64,000 nucleotides of DNA from Phycisphaerales bacterium (lineage in GTDB: Bacteria; Planctomycetota; Phycisphaerae; Phycisphaerales; SM1A02). The translations under genes and the position numbers were made by a program. The stretch covers positions 218,330 through 282,329 of the forward strand of contig JAQWNP010000010.1 of NCBI GenBank assembly GCA_029268515.1, read 5' to 3'. The notes below the pieces were generated by a model. The model was not told where the DNA came from. It saw only the letters and a list, made by a program, of their open reading frames with translations, and ran no database searches. Every line of letters begins with the position of its first letter. Within the stretch, counting starts at the first letter, position 1. Below, piece after piece: positions 9,001-17,239 of this stretch.

Positions 9001-9424
9001 CCATATAGGCATGGTCTTGATACGTCTTGATGTCGCGCCAGCTGCTGGAACAACTAGAAATCATCTCAATCATGACTGGGTTGTTCGGATCAGTGACTTC
9101 AGCGAAGAGTGTGCCGTTTTGTAAGCCAATAATCGCGTACTCTCTGCCTTCGCCATCCACGTAACCCCAGCAATCATTTGCGGCACCGTGGGTTCCAAAG
9201 CCAGCATTTTGAATATCTGTCAGTGAGATCCAACTCTGGAGTGTTACTTTTTCAGAGTCAAACTGACCTAACCGAGCAATATCATCACCTTGGACATAGC
9301 CAGGGCCTTCGTATCTCAGCTGTTTGTCTTTTGCCTTTGGATCATCTGGATGGCCAATAACGAATGCCGAGATGACACAAACCGTGCTGAGGGTGAGCGC
9401 CAAAGTGAGTGGACGTAAACGCAT
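6005..9424 (-). CDS. Large secreted multidomain protein: LVIVD-repeat/choice-of-anchor-B-like beta-propeller (tentative), Ig-like region, proprotein-convertase P-domain, the unknown ~270-aa module and a dockerin-like tail
   Basis: N-terminal signal peptide. P-domain signature DLEVDINHSWIGDLTVQLESPEGTLVTLHD...GNWILRISDSASADQGTLNSWTLKV. Propeller-like motif HNLYCDDTFIYQANYRSGLRIFDASDPLNP. C-terminus CVGDFDGDLTVGISDFSLFLVAFGGSDPTFDLDDDGSVGLGDFSVFLVQFGITCSP. Confidence 0.8.
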   Translation of the reverse strand: MRLRPLTLALTLSTVCVISAFVIGHPDDPKAKDKQLRYEGPGYVQGDDIARLGQFDSEKVTLQSWISLTDIQNAGFGTHGAANDCWGYVDGEGREYAIIGLQNGTLFAEVTDPNNPVMIEMISSCSSSWRDIKTYQDHAYMVSECGNGIQIADLSDIGNGNVTLVDTVLEGGTEATHNVALCVETGFLYRCGGSSNGLRIYSLADPSSPVFVAEWNDKYVHDAQIFVMESGPYAGREIAVCSAGFNGGFSSTGISMVDVTDKSNIVVLTHYEYSSPGYSHQGWCSPDKQYYYHGDELDEQNNNHATKTRIVDMSDLTNLSEVGSIQSTNSAIDHNLYCDDTFIYQANYRSGLRIFDASDPLNPTEVAYFDTYPDDDSANFNGMWSNHPFLPSGNVICSDIERGLFILKPELGISVTPNTNVLHLGQSGDTVFTNDPTTYTLSNATSDALAYEVRLDQTNNMMTINGSTRPLSGTLSAGGSLDLQAALSRSAASLGNGTHTATVVFEDITSNLIQTRQHVLEIGTTGFDTAPGTDLVVGGPIGGPFTTTLDYVLTSTRPTPVNVSVQADDSWVTMNGSSSPTTFTLSGIGDTQTVTIGIGADANGLPNGLAESSVSFADTTAGVTLATRTVKLDVGRFSYASSDTPLPIEDNQTFESVLVVADAYCIGDVDLEVDINHSWIGDLTVQLESPEGTLVTLHDGAGGDADNIQTTYDDDSNPPQGPGTLADFNGESSAGNWILRISDSASADQGTLNSWTLKVAASGTNCPPSAFDQTLSTEQGTALQIALTGATGSGGNLDYIITTLPIDGSLSSKGTSINTVPYELVSNAVTYQPPNPQYSGTDTFTFSVREGATNSGDAEISITVGSAGVLLVDDDDNNPDVQSYYTNALDAMGVSYDIWNTNNSDDEPTSSELLGYKTVIWFTGAEFGGFAGPGPDGEAALGAFLDAGNCLLISSQDYLWDRGGSSSSPTPTSLMQNYLGVSAGSNDTGQTSVTPNGSLYEVLGTSDYSLDVPFSNYVDTLEPSANGEASFVSNGSNVATNQTGSNFTAVYMGFPLEAVSELQDRIDILQVVIDQCGTTQPNDCVGDFDGDLTVGISDFSLFLVAFGGSDPTFDLDDDGSVGLGDFSVFLVQFGITCSP

Positions 9425-9571
9425 GTTTGCTCTTTCTCTAAATTTGAGGATGGCCTGTGAGCAGTCATATGTCCGCCCAGCAGCCCCCCCCAGGGTTTCT
9501 CTTTCTCTGATAAATGACAGTTTAGAGCATCCAAGGGGTAATTTGGAGTAATAAATCGGCCCAGATTGAGA

Positions 9572-10129
9572 TTAGCCCAATCTGCATCTCCTACGCCTCG
9601 GAAGCCAAATGAGCAAGACGATGGGGAGCCCCATAGGGGCTGGAATGGCCTGTGGAGGTGTTGCTCCATCAGGGTGAAAGGTCCATGCATCCCAGGATCC
9701 ATCTGAGACCATCCATGAATCAGCGCCGACCGGGGCAAAGTCCCAGTTTGGGCTCGTGCCTGGCATAGCAACCCAATAAGCCCAGTAGTCATCAAAGTCA
9801 GGAAAGCCGGCACCCGTACCGAAGGCATAGTCATTCTCAATGCCCAGACCTTGAAGCCAGTGGCCCCAGGAATAGGTCTCATACTCCATCGTGAGAACGT
9901 TGGGAAGATCGCTTGTCATGATCTGGAGAAGATCCCAGCCACTGACGTCACCATCATCTTCGTAGGCCACATCAAAAAGGTAGGTGTTGTCATTGTCGAA
10001 TTCAATCTGGACATAAGACACGGAGTCACCACTACCAACGGAGTAGGTATTCACAAGATCAGCTTGTGACATAGATATAAAAATAAAGGGCAGTACGACA
10101 GCGCACATATGACTCAGACGCAAAAACAT
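9572..10129 (-). CDS. Secreted protein with a degenerate PEP-CTERM-like C-terminal sorting signal
   Basis: I moved the start to the ATG at 10129, which has AGGAG 6 nt upstream and opens a signal peptide MFLRLSHMCAVVLPFIFISMSQA. C-terminus IPAPMGLPIVLLIWLPRRRRCRLG (motif, TM helix, Arg cluster). Confidence 0.6.
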   Translation of the reverse strand: MFLRLSHMCAVVLPFIFISMSQADLVNTYSVGSGDSVSYVQIEFDNDNTYLFDVAYEDDGDVSGWDLLQIMTSDLPNVLTMEYETYSWGHWLQGLGIENDYAFGTGAGFPDFDDYWAYWVAMPGTSPNWDFAPVGADSWMVSDGSWDAWTFHPDGATPPQAIPAPMGLPIVLLIWLPRRRRCRLG

Positions 10130-10453
10130 AGGTATCTCCTCTTCGGGCAGACTATGACGCCGATCGCGCAGCGTCGAAAAAATCAATGGCAGTCATTCGT
10201 TCTGGCTTATTGCAGACATGACTACCAATTCGACACATCCCAGGTTGCCCGACTTCGAGTGGTGCTTTCTGCACAACTCGTCACGGTGACGCGTTCGCAG
10301 CGGAATTTCACCGCTTTTCCCTGGCGCCTATGTCGGTGTCACTGATCTTTGAGATCCGGAACACAAGGTCCACCATAGATAAGTTTCAAATATGCGTCAA
10401 TCAATTCTGACATCTATAATGCTCATCATTGCTTAGCAAGGAGTCATCCGCTT

Positions 10454-11653
10454 ATGAAAAAATTACGGCCCCTCCAGATGACTTTAATGTTGCTTAGCCT
10501 CTTTTTGAGTGTCTTTTTTATAGAACCATGTCACGGTCAAGTGCCGCCACGGGGTATTCTTGGTCGTCCATCACCACCTCTCAATGTCGATTCTTGGGTC
10601 ATGCTCCCTCCCGGGCACACCGTTCCAGAACTCAAAGAAATGAGAGGTAAGGTTGTTTACCTCTACTGTTTTCAATCGTGGTGCCCAGGCTGTCATTCTC
10701 AGGGCTTCCCAACACTTCAGAATCTTATAGAGCAGTTCAACGGCATTGATGACGTTGTGTTCTTGGCGGTGCAAACAGCCTTTGAAGGCCACGGTACAAA
10801 CACGCCAGCGGCAGCGATCTCGACAGCAAAGCGATATTCCTTGGACATTCCAATTGGTCATGATGGTTCAGTAGGCAAACGCAGTAGTGTGATGCAGACA
10901 TATCGCACCGGTGGCACGCCATGGACAATTATCATTGGTAAAGATGGTGTTGTGCGCTACAACGATTTTCATGTCACACCAAAGCGGGGCGCTGAGATTA
11001 TTAAACAACTTCAATCTCAACCTATACCAGAACAAGTGTCAGTCAAAGTGCTTGAGCCCGTTCAGACATTGCCTTTAAGTAGGGGCGGGCAAGATGTGAT
11101 TGGAAAACCGATGATTCCACTTGCATTCGATGGGATTATTGAAACAACGACAGCTCCGAAACGGATACCAGATAAAACAAAGACGCAACCGATTACGGTC
11201 TATCGGTGGTGGACAAATACCTGTCCTCATTGTGAAGCCTCGCTACCGGCATTTGAACAGCTTCGACAAAAGTATGAATCCAAGGGTGTTCGATTTGTGG
11301 CGGTCTATCATCCCAAGCCTCCAAGAGAGATCACAGTGACAGAGGCCGCTACGATGGCCCGAGAAATGGGATTTGAGGGTCCAGTTGCACTGGATCAAGA
11401 CTGGTCATTGTTGCGGCAGGCGTACTTAGATCGTGGCAACCGAGTTGCTACCAGTGTCACGTTTGTGGTCGACGGGCAGGGGCGCATTCGATTCTTGCAC
11501 CCCGGACCAGTCTTTTTTGCTTCTGATGAGCCTCAGCATATCCGTGAGAATGACGACTATCAGCGTCTCGATCAGTCAATAAAGACACTGCTGAGCGAGC
11601 GACCGGATGGCCATTCTCAGCCCCAGCCGGGATCGAATCAGCCAGATTCCTAA
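10454..11653 (+). CDS. Secreted tandem thioredoxin-fold (TlpA/redoxin-like) thiol-disulfide oxidoreductase
   Basis: Signal peptide. Two thioredoxin-like halves, each with a CxxC motif: FQSWCPGCH and WWTNTCPHCE. Confidence 0.75.
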   Translation: MKKLRPLQMTLMLLSLFLSVFFIEPCHGQVPPRGILGRPSPPLNVDSWVMLPPGHTVPELKEMRGKVVYLYCFQSWCPGCHSQGFPTLQNLIEQFNGIDDVVFLAVQTAFEGHGTNTPAAAISTAKRYSLDIPIGHDGSVGKRSSVMQTYRTGGTPWTIIIGKDGVVRYNDFHVTPKRGAEIIKQLQSQPIPEQVSVKVLEPVQTLPLSRGGQDVIGKPMIPLAFDGIIETTTAPKRIPDKTKTQPITVYRWWTNTCPHCEASLPAFEQLRQKYESKGVRFVAVYHPKPPREITVTEAATMAREMGFEGPVALDQDWSLLRQAYLDRGNRVATSVTFVVDGQGRIRFLHPGPVFFASDEPQHIRENDDYQRLDQSIKTLLSERPDGHSQPQPGSNQPDS

Positions 11654-11771
11654 TTTCTGGGAACGCCCGCAAGATAAGAGCCGGATCTAGACATTGGAGA
11701 AAGTCGGAGATTATTCTGGCTCGATGTATCGAATGACGATATATTGAACTTCGAGTGATCTGGAGTCTCCC

Positions 11772-12161
11772 ATGTCTGATACCTCGCCACCACCTGATGC
11801 TTCAACCCGGCAGCTGGCTCGCCAGACCGCTGATTTGCTCGTCCTCTGCGTGCTCTCCGATGGCCCGCAATACGGATACAGCATCATGAAACTCGTAGGT
11901 GCTCGTAGTGATGGTGCGGTGAGATTGACACCAGGCACGCTCTATCCACTGCTACATGAACTGGAGCGGGGCAAGCTTGTGCTAGCCAGCTGGGAGACGG
12001 TTCGCGCCGATGCAGATCGGGTTGGGCGAAAGCGCAAGTGGTATCGACTTTCGGCCAAAGGGCGACGTAAGCTGGAACAGCGTGCTGCGGCTCATCGTGC
12101 GTTTCTGCGCATGTTGGATGCATTTCTGCCATCGAGTGGTGGCCAGAAGGAGACAGCATAA
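11772..12161 (+). CDS. PadR-family transcriptional regulator
   Basis: Winged-helix PadR signature: PQYGYSIMKLV...GTLYPLLHELERGKLV...KRKWYRLSAKGRRKL. Confidence 0.85.
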   Translation: MSDTSPPPDASTRQLARQTADLLVLCVLSDGPQYGYSIMKLVGARSDGAVRLTPGTLYPLLHELERGKLVLASWETVRADADRVGRKRKWYRLSAKGRRKLEQRAAAHRAFLRMLDAFLPSSGGQKETA

Positions 12162-13948
12162 TGCGTCCAGTTCGACAGTTCGTTGATCGTCTTTCCACGA
12201 TGTTGCGGTTACCTGCAAGGCGCCGTCAAGCGATAGCAGATGAGTTAACCTCGCATTTGGAAGATCGTGTGAGAGATCTAGAACTTGAGGGATATTCACA
12301 ATCAGAAGCGCTGAAGTTCGCTATTAGTGAGCTCGGCGAAATGAAAGAATTGGCGCACTGCTTACAACAGGCAAATCGTATGCCGTACAGGAGGATTGCT
12401 ATGAATACACTGATCATCACTGGAACGGTGGGGGCGCTAACCGCTGCGGGTCTTTTTGTTGTTGATGAACCAATGGGTCCGTCGGACGGCATGTCAGGCG
12501 CCGTGGCGCCGGGTTTGAGCGAAAAAATAGAGGAGGATCTGGCTCGCAAGGAGATCGAGTTACCAGTAGATGGAACGGATTTGTTCAACATTGCCGAGTC
12601 ACTAGCCAGATCAGAAGACCTGACACTTTTTATTCACCCCGACATTGGCGAAGACCGGCTCTATCAGCCTATTTTAGCGCTTCGTGAAGGCTCCGTCTCA
12701 GTGCAAGAGGTTGTTGATCGTGCAAGTCTTGACTTATATGGGTCTAGCGAGGTGATCATCTTGGTTGAAAATGAAGGTCGTCTTGAGTTGGGTACCCAAG
12801 AGGGGGTTGACCGTCGCTCAACAAGCTTGATTTGTTACTCGATTGACGACACTCTTAGAGGAATGGTTTTAGGTGAGGATGCGACAACGACCGTACATAG
12901 TCCTCAAGAGGCGGCGCAGAGCTTGACCAGACTGATTCAGGATTTGGTTTATCCAGATTTGTGGCACGGCAATGGTGGCCATATGGCTTCGATTCATGTG
13001 GCAAGCGGCGGGCGTATGTTCATTGATGCGCCGCAACGTGTTCATGATCGTCTCGCATGGGTCATTCGCATGCTGCCCTCGATGACACAGGAAGATGTTA
13101 ACTTACGTTTGAAACGGGGTGGTCGTGGTTGGGGACACGGCGCCAACGGTGCTGACGGTGGCTTTGGTGGCCAGGGCGGTACTGGTGGCGTCGGCTTTGG
13201 TGGTCAGGGCGGCGCTGGCGGTGGCTTTGGTGGCGAGGGCGGCGCTGACGGTGGCTTTGGTGGCGAAGGCGGCGCTGGCGGTGGCTTTGGTGGCGAGGAC
13301 GGCGCTGACGGTGGCTTTGGTGGCGAAGGCGGCGCTGGCGGTGGCTTTGGTGGGGGTGCCGGCGGAACGCTAAGGCCAGATGATCCGGATCAAGGTGACT
13401 GGCAGCGCCACGCAGGCTTGCTCGCCGGGGCTCTGGGTACCATTGAGCCCGAGGGAACCCATGAGGATTATGTGACGGACGAGGACCCGCATGCTCATCA
13501 CGATGCGATGATTGATTCGCGCAACGCGGCGATAGATGCGAGGCAACGTGAGCTGGAAGAGCAGCTGCGCATGAAGATGGAGCAATTCGAACGTGAGGCT
13601 CGTGAGTATGAGAAACAACTTGAGCAGCGGAAGCAAGCGATTGAGAAATACGCGCAGAAGCAAAATGAGGCGATTGAGTTACGCAAAATGGAAGTAGAGC
13701 AAGCAATCGATCAACGACGCGGAGAAATAGAACGTTATATCGAAGGAAAGAAACAGCAAGTCGAAGAAATCATGTCTCAACATGAGCAAGCATTTAGAGC
13801 TACCGAACAAAAACTAAACGAACGTAGGCAAGAGTTAGAGCAATGGGCCGAGAGGCTTCGTTTACAGGAAGAGAACTTTAAAGAGCAGCGCGAGCCTACG
13901 TATGAAGAGCAACACAACTTCGAGAAAGAAGCACGGGGTGCTGAATAG
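12161..13948 (+). CDS. PadR-associated membrane protein with a cytoplasmic helical N-domain, one TM helix, a Gly-rich repeat and a long charged coiled coil
   Basis: Its ATG overlaps the PadR TAA (TAATG). N-terminus ...RRRQAIADELTSHLEDRVRDLELEGYSQSEALKFAISELGE is typical of PadR partner proteins. TM helix MNTLIITGTVGALTAAGLFVV. GGFGG(E/Q)GGA(G/D) occurs about 7 times, followed by an E/Q/K/R-rich C-terminus. Confidence 0.7.
   Translation: MRPVRQFVDRLSTMLRLPARRRQAIADELTSHLEDRVRDLELEGYSQSEALKFAISELGEMKELAHCLQQANRMPYRRIAMNTLIITGTVGALTAAGLFVVDEPMGPSDGMSGAVAPGLSEKIEEDLARKEIELPVDGTDLFNIAESLARSEDLTLFIHPDIGEDRLYQPILALREGSVSVQEVVDRASLDLYGSSEVIILVENEGRLELGTQEGVDRRSTSLICYSIDDTLRGMVLGEDATTTVHSPQEAAQSLTRLIQDLVYPDLWHGNGGHMASIHVASGGRMFIDAPQRVHDRLAWVIRMLPSMTQEDVNLRLKRGGRGWGHGANGADGGFGGQGGTGGVGFGGQGGAGGGFGGEGGADGGFGGEGGAGGGFGGEDGADGGFGGEGGAGGGFGGGAGGTLRPDDPDQGDWQRHAGLLAGALGTIEPEGTHEDYVTDEDPHAHHDAMIDSRNAAIDARQRELEEQLRMKMEQFEREAREYEKQLEQRKQAIEKYAQKQNEAIELRKMEVEQAIDQRRGEIERYIEGKKQQVEEIMSQHEQAFRATEQKLNERRQELEQWAERLRLQEENFKEQREPTYEEQHNFEKEARGAE
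13157..13360 (+). repeat. In-frame tandem repeat: 30-nt unit in about 7 copies, with a near-perfect 60-nt super-unit in 2 copies
   Basis: The unit ggtggctttggtggcga(g/a)ggcggcgct(g/a)(g/a)c repeats head to tail. It encodes GGFGGEGGAD/GGFGGEGGAG inside CDS 12161..13948. Confidence 0.9.
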
Positions 13949-14782
13949 GTGAACTCGATAGGGGGTTGTCAGACCCGTTCCGATGTTGATCTGGTTGCGA
14001 TCATACGGCCAGTCAGTAACACTATTGATCAGTGCCAACTGACCCATCTTCGTCGTGATAAAATCGATCTTGCACGCGCTGAAAAACAGCACGCTGACTA
14101 TGTCGAAGTTCTTCGGGCGTGTGGTTGTCACATTATTCAACTACCGCCGGAACATGAGTGCCCAGATGCAGTCTTTGTTGAAGATACAGCTATCGTAGTC
14201 AACGAAATTGCAGTCATGACTAGGCCAGGCGCGCCATCCAGAAGAGAAGAAGTAGCGAGTGTTCGAAAGGTACTGGTTGGCTACAGAGATATCCGATCCA
14301 TTGATGATGGTGCAACGCTTGATGGGGGAGATGTGGTTCGGGCTGAAAACCGGCTTTGGGTCGGTGTCTCAACACGTACAACTGCGCGAGGCGCCGAATC
14401 ACTGGGTCATTGCTTGTCATCTTTTGGCTATGAGGTGGCGCCAGTACAAGTACATAACTGTCTGCATCTTAAATCGGCGTGTTGTGCACTTGATCAAGAG
14501 ACCTTGCTTTACAATCCGGCCTGGATTGATGCCAGCCATTTTCAAGATATGAGATGCATAGAGGTCGATCCAACAGAGCCAATGGCAGCGAATGTGGTGG
14601 GCGTTGGAGATCGATTGCTTGTTGCGGCGGCGCACCCACGCACCGCAGATCTACTTGATGTCGCTGGATATCAGATTGAGATAATTGAGGCTGATGAACT
14701 AGCCAAGGCAGAAGGTGCACTGACTTGCTGTAGTATTATCTTTAGGACACTCAATAGTGTTTCTAGCCAGATGGATTACTGA
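13949..14782 (+). CDS. Dimethylarginine dimethylaminohydrolase (DDAH)/amidinotransferase-fold enzyme
   Basis: Motifs PDAVFVEDTAIVV, AVMTRPGAPSRREE, LHLKSACC and a C-terminal EGALTCCSI (catalytic Cys context). The GTG start follows directly after the upstream stop. Confidence 0.65.
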   Translation: MNSIGGCQTRSDVDLVAIIRPVSNTIDQCQLTHLRRDKIDLARAEKQHADYVEVLRACGCHIIQLPPEHECPDAVFVEDTAIVVNEIAVMTRPGAPSRREEVASVRKVLVGYRDIRSIDDGATLDGGDVVRAENRLWVGVSTRTTARGAESLGHCLSSFGYEVAPVQVHNCLHLKSACCALDQETLLYNPAWIDASHFQDMRCIEVDPTEPMAANVVGVGDRLLVAAAHPRTADLLDVAGYQIEIIEADELAKAEGALTCCSIIFRTLNSVSSQMDY

Positions 14783-14943
14783 GATCCCAATCACGTATAC
14801 TAGTGAGGGCTCGAGTGGCAACGGTTGTTTCTGATGAGCATTGTCGCTTTTACTATCTAACAACTATTTTTCTCATCGCCTGTTAATAGCCGACAATAGT
14901 TAGCGGTAGCCTAAGATCTTTATTATCCCAAGTGAGAAGCTCA

Positions 14944-16128
14944 ATGGAATCCTCTACAAAAAGCCAAGCGAGCGTAGGTGTAAATGGGTGGCGTCTGATT
15001 ATGGCATTGGCGGGGTTGGTGGTTATTGTCGCTGGTCTGCAGCTCGCGTCTAGTTTGCTTGTGCCAATAGCGGCCGCGGTCTTCTTTGCGGTCTTATGTA
15101 TTCCACCTGTGAATTGGCTGCAGAAACGAAAAGTGCCCCAGTGGTTGGCAGTTATTATCGTTTTTGTGGTCGTCTTAGTCGCCTTTGTGTTTGTTGGTCT
15201 CATTGTGAACCAGTCAATCAGTAGCTTTCTGACGCGTCTTCCAGACTACCAAACAGCGCTCCAGGAAAGACTGAAGCCAATTGATCCCTTTATTGAAAAA
15301 ATTGGACTCGGCGACTACGTCAATCCTTTACTAAGTAAAGCTGACGACACCGTTGATCCGACGACATCGAGCGTCATTGCAACAGATCAGATGGCTCAGG
15401 CAGACGAAGCAGAGACAGGTGGTATAGGTGATCCTTCTAATCTGCTTCCATTTATTACGCGTGCTTTAAGAGCACTGAGTAGCATCATGTCAAACACTGT
15501 GTTTGTCATGCTTATGGTTGTGTTCATACTGGCTGAAGCAGCAGGTTTGCCGCGGAAGTTCTGTGTGGCGGTAACAAACCCAGAAGCAGATCTTGAAGCG
15601 TTTTCAGGGATTGTTGGCGATCTTCAGACGTATATCAAAGTTAAGACCATACTGAGTTTGGCAACCGGCATTCTGGCTGGTGGATTGTGTTGGCTGGTCG
15701 GTACTGACTATCCAGTGCTCTGGGGCTTACTTGCATTTCTATTAAATTTCATTCCAACCTTTGGATCAATATTAGCGGCGATTCCACCAGTACTACTGAC
15801 TTGGGTCATGCTGGATTGGCAATGGGCAGCAGTTATTTTGGCAGGCTACCTGGTTATTAATAACGTGCTTGGCAACATCATTGAGCCACGAATGATGGGT
15901 ACTCGGTTAGGAATGTCAACACTTGTTGTATTCCTGTCAATGGTATTTTGGGGTTGGGTATGGGGGCCAGTTGGGATGATTCTCTCAGTGCCGCTGACCA
16001 TGATTCTCAAGATCATGCTGCAGCACACCCCCGATCTTGCCTGGATTGCTGTTCTGCTTGCGTCAGACGCCGAGGTGCGCGATCGAGAAAAGGAAATGCG
16101 CAGCGAAAATCCCACGCAGTCATGCTAG
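14944..16128 (+). CDS. AI-2E family (PerM/UPF0118) transporter
   Basis: Polytopic membrane protein with NFIPTFGSILAAIPPVLL and NIIEPRMMG motifs. I placed the start at the first ATG (14944) of the ORF that opens with GTG at 14932. Confidence 0.75.
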   Translation: MESSTKSQASVGVNGWRLIMALAGLVVIVAGLQLASSLLVPIAAAVFFAVLCIPPVNWLQKRKVPQWLAVIIVFVVVLVAFVFVGLIVNQSISSFLTRLPDYQTALQERLKPIDPFIEKIGLGDYVNPLLSKADDTVDPTTSSVIATDQMAQADEAETGGIGDPSNLLPFITRALRALSSIMSNTVFVMLMVVFILAEAAGLPRKFCVAVTNPEADLEAFSGIVGDLQTYIKVKTILSLATGILAGGLCWLVGTDYPVLWGLLAFLLNFIPTFGSILAAIPPVLLTWVMLDWQWAAVILAGYLVINNVLGNIIEPRMMGTRLGMSTLVVFLSMVFWGWVWGPVGMILSVPLTMILKIMLQHTPDLAWIAVLLASDAEVRDREKEMRSENPTQSC

Positions 16129-16432
16129 CCGGTCATTTTTTCGTTCTGAAAAGGTCGTGCTCATTTTCGAGACCATTGCTCAAAACGATGTGAATTGACC
16201 CCGTCTGGCCCTCATTTATTGGGTGAGAGGGCCTGATTTCGACTCTGAGAGCTGGGAACTCATTTTTTCTAAGAAATGTTGCCCGTGTAGCGAAAACTCT
16301 ACGCGTCTTTCATTGGAGCCAATGTCGTGAAGGCATTGGTCAAAAATCTCAACCGGTTTCCATGACAGGTGGGCTGAGAGTGGGGCGATGGCAACTCCAC
16401 ACACTTCGGTCTGAAACCATGGAGTTGCTTCG

Positions 16433-17116
16433 ATGAAACGCTCAAACCGATTGATTGCTTTAGCTACGCTTTTCCTTTGTTCTGCCCCTGCTCTTTCTCA
16501 AACTCAAACCTATTTGGCACACAGTAACTACGACCAAGATCTCGATGGATGGAGAGTGAAGGATACGATCAACAATGTATCCAGCTACTACGCACCAACC
16601 TGGTTACCAAATGGTGGTGCACCAGACGGGCACATGGAGTTCCATGATGTGACACCTGGTGGCTATATATTTGAAGCGCCAGACAAATTCCACGGCGACT
16701 TTTCAGCAGCCGTAGGTAATGGAGGTGTGTTTTATGATTGGGGTGCAGATTGGATCATGGATGATCGGAGATCTTCAGTGACATTCTGGAGTGGCGACGT
16801 CCGTCTGTGGGCGAGTAGCAATCAGGGACTTGCCACGAATGTATGGCACCATTTTGATTATGCATTTGATATGGGTGTGGGCTGGAAAGTCGATTATGGC
16901 TTAGGTGCTCAGACAGCAACCATGGCTGATCTCTATACAGTCCTTTCAAATGTGACTGATATGAATATCTCAGGCGAAACGTGGACCGGTATTACTGAAA
17001 CCACTTGGGTCGATAATCCAACAATTTATATGAACGTACCAGCTCCAGGGGCACTTGCTCTGTTCGGCCTTGCAGGGCTCGTAGGTAGACGTCGTCGATC
17101 GAGTCGTCGGGTGTAA
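16433..17116 (+). CDS. PEP-CTERM-anchored secreted protein of unknown function
   Basis: Signal peptide MKRSNRLIALATLFLCSAPALSQ. C-terminus VPAPGALALFGLAGLVGRRRRSSRRV is a classical PEP-CTERM layout. Confidence 0.8.
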   Translation: MKRSNRLIALATLFLCSAPALSQTQTYLAHSNYDQDLDGWRVKDTINNVSSYYAPTWLPNGGAPDGHMEFHDVTPGGYIFEAPDKFHGDFSAAVGNGGVFYDWGADWIMDDRRSSVTFWSGDVRLWASSNQGLATNVWHHFDYAFDMGVGWKVDYGLGAQTATMADLYTVLSNVTDMNISGETWTGITETTWVDNPTIYMNVPAPGALALFGLAGLVGRRRRSSRRV

Positions 17117-17154
17117 AAACCGTAACCAATAGTTCTAATCACGAGTAAAGCGGT

Positions 17155-17190
17155 AGGTGGCTGGTATATCCAGCCACCTTTCGCTTTGCT
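17155..17190 (+). terminator. Rho-independent terminator
   Basis: AGGTGGCTGG-TATAT-CCAGCCACCT followed by TTCGCTTTGCTTTCG. Confidence 0.6.
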
Positions 17191-17239
17191 TTCGAGTACA
17201 GTGCGGCGCCTATTAGAATTCTGCTATATCGGAGTGTGT

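Noticed and set aside
9316-9882. 188-aa minus-strand ORF overlapping both the 9572..10129 gene and the start of the 6005..9424 gene.
   Set aside because: It lies in a different frame from two ORFs that have signal peptides and recognisable domains or tails, and its sequence has no features of its own.
11654-11771. A possible PadR operator (TATCG-AATGA-CGATA) upstream of padR.
   Set aside because: The arms are only 5 bp, which is easily expected by chance in 118 bp. It is not reported as a feature without comparative support.
13157-13360. Possible CRISPR-like or minisatellite array.
   Set aside because: The units are contiguous with no spacers, stay in frame inside a CDS, and no cas genes are nearby. 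It is a coding tandem repeat.
13098-13706. Long ORFs on the opposite strand and in other frames across the Gly-rich repeat (202 aa minus strand, 84 aa plus strand, 97 aa minus strand).
   Set aside because: Their products are monotonous (HQSHRQRR..., ALVARAAL...) and exist only because the 30-nt GC-rich repeat lacks stops in several frames. The 12161..13948 frame has coherent TM, globular and coiled-coil architecture and translational coupling to padR.
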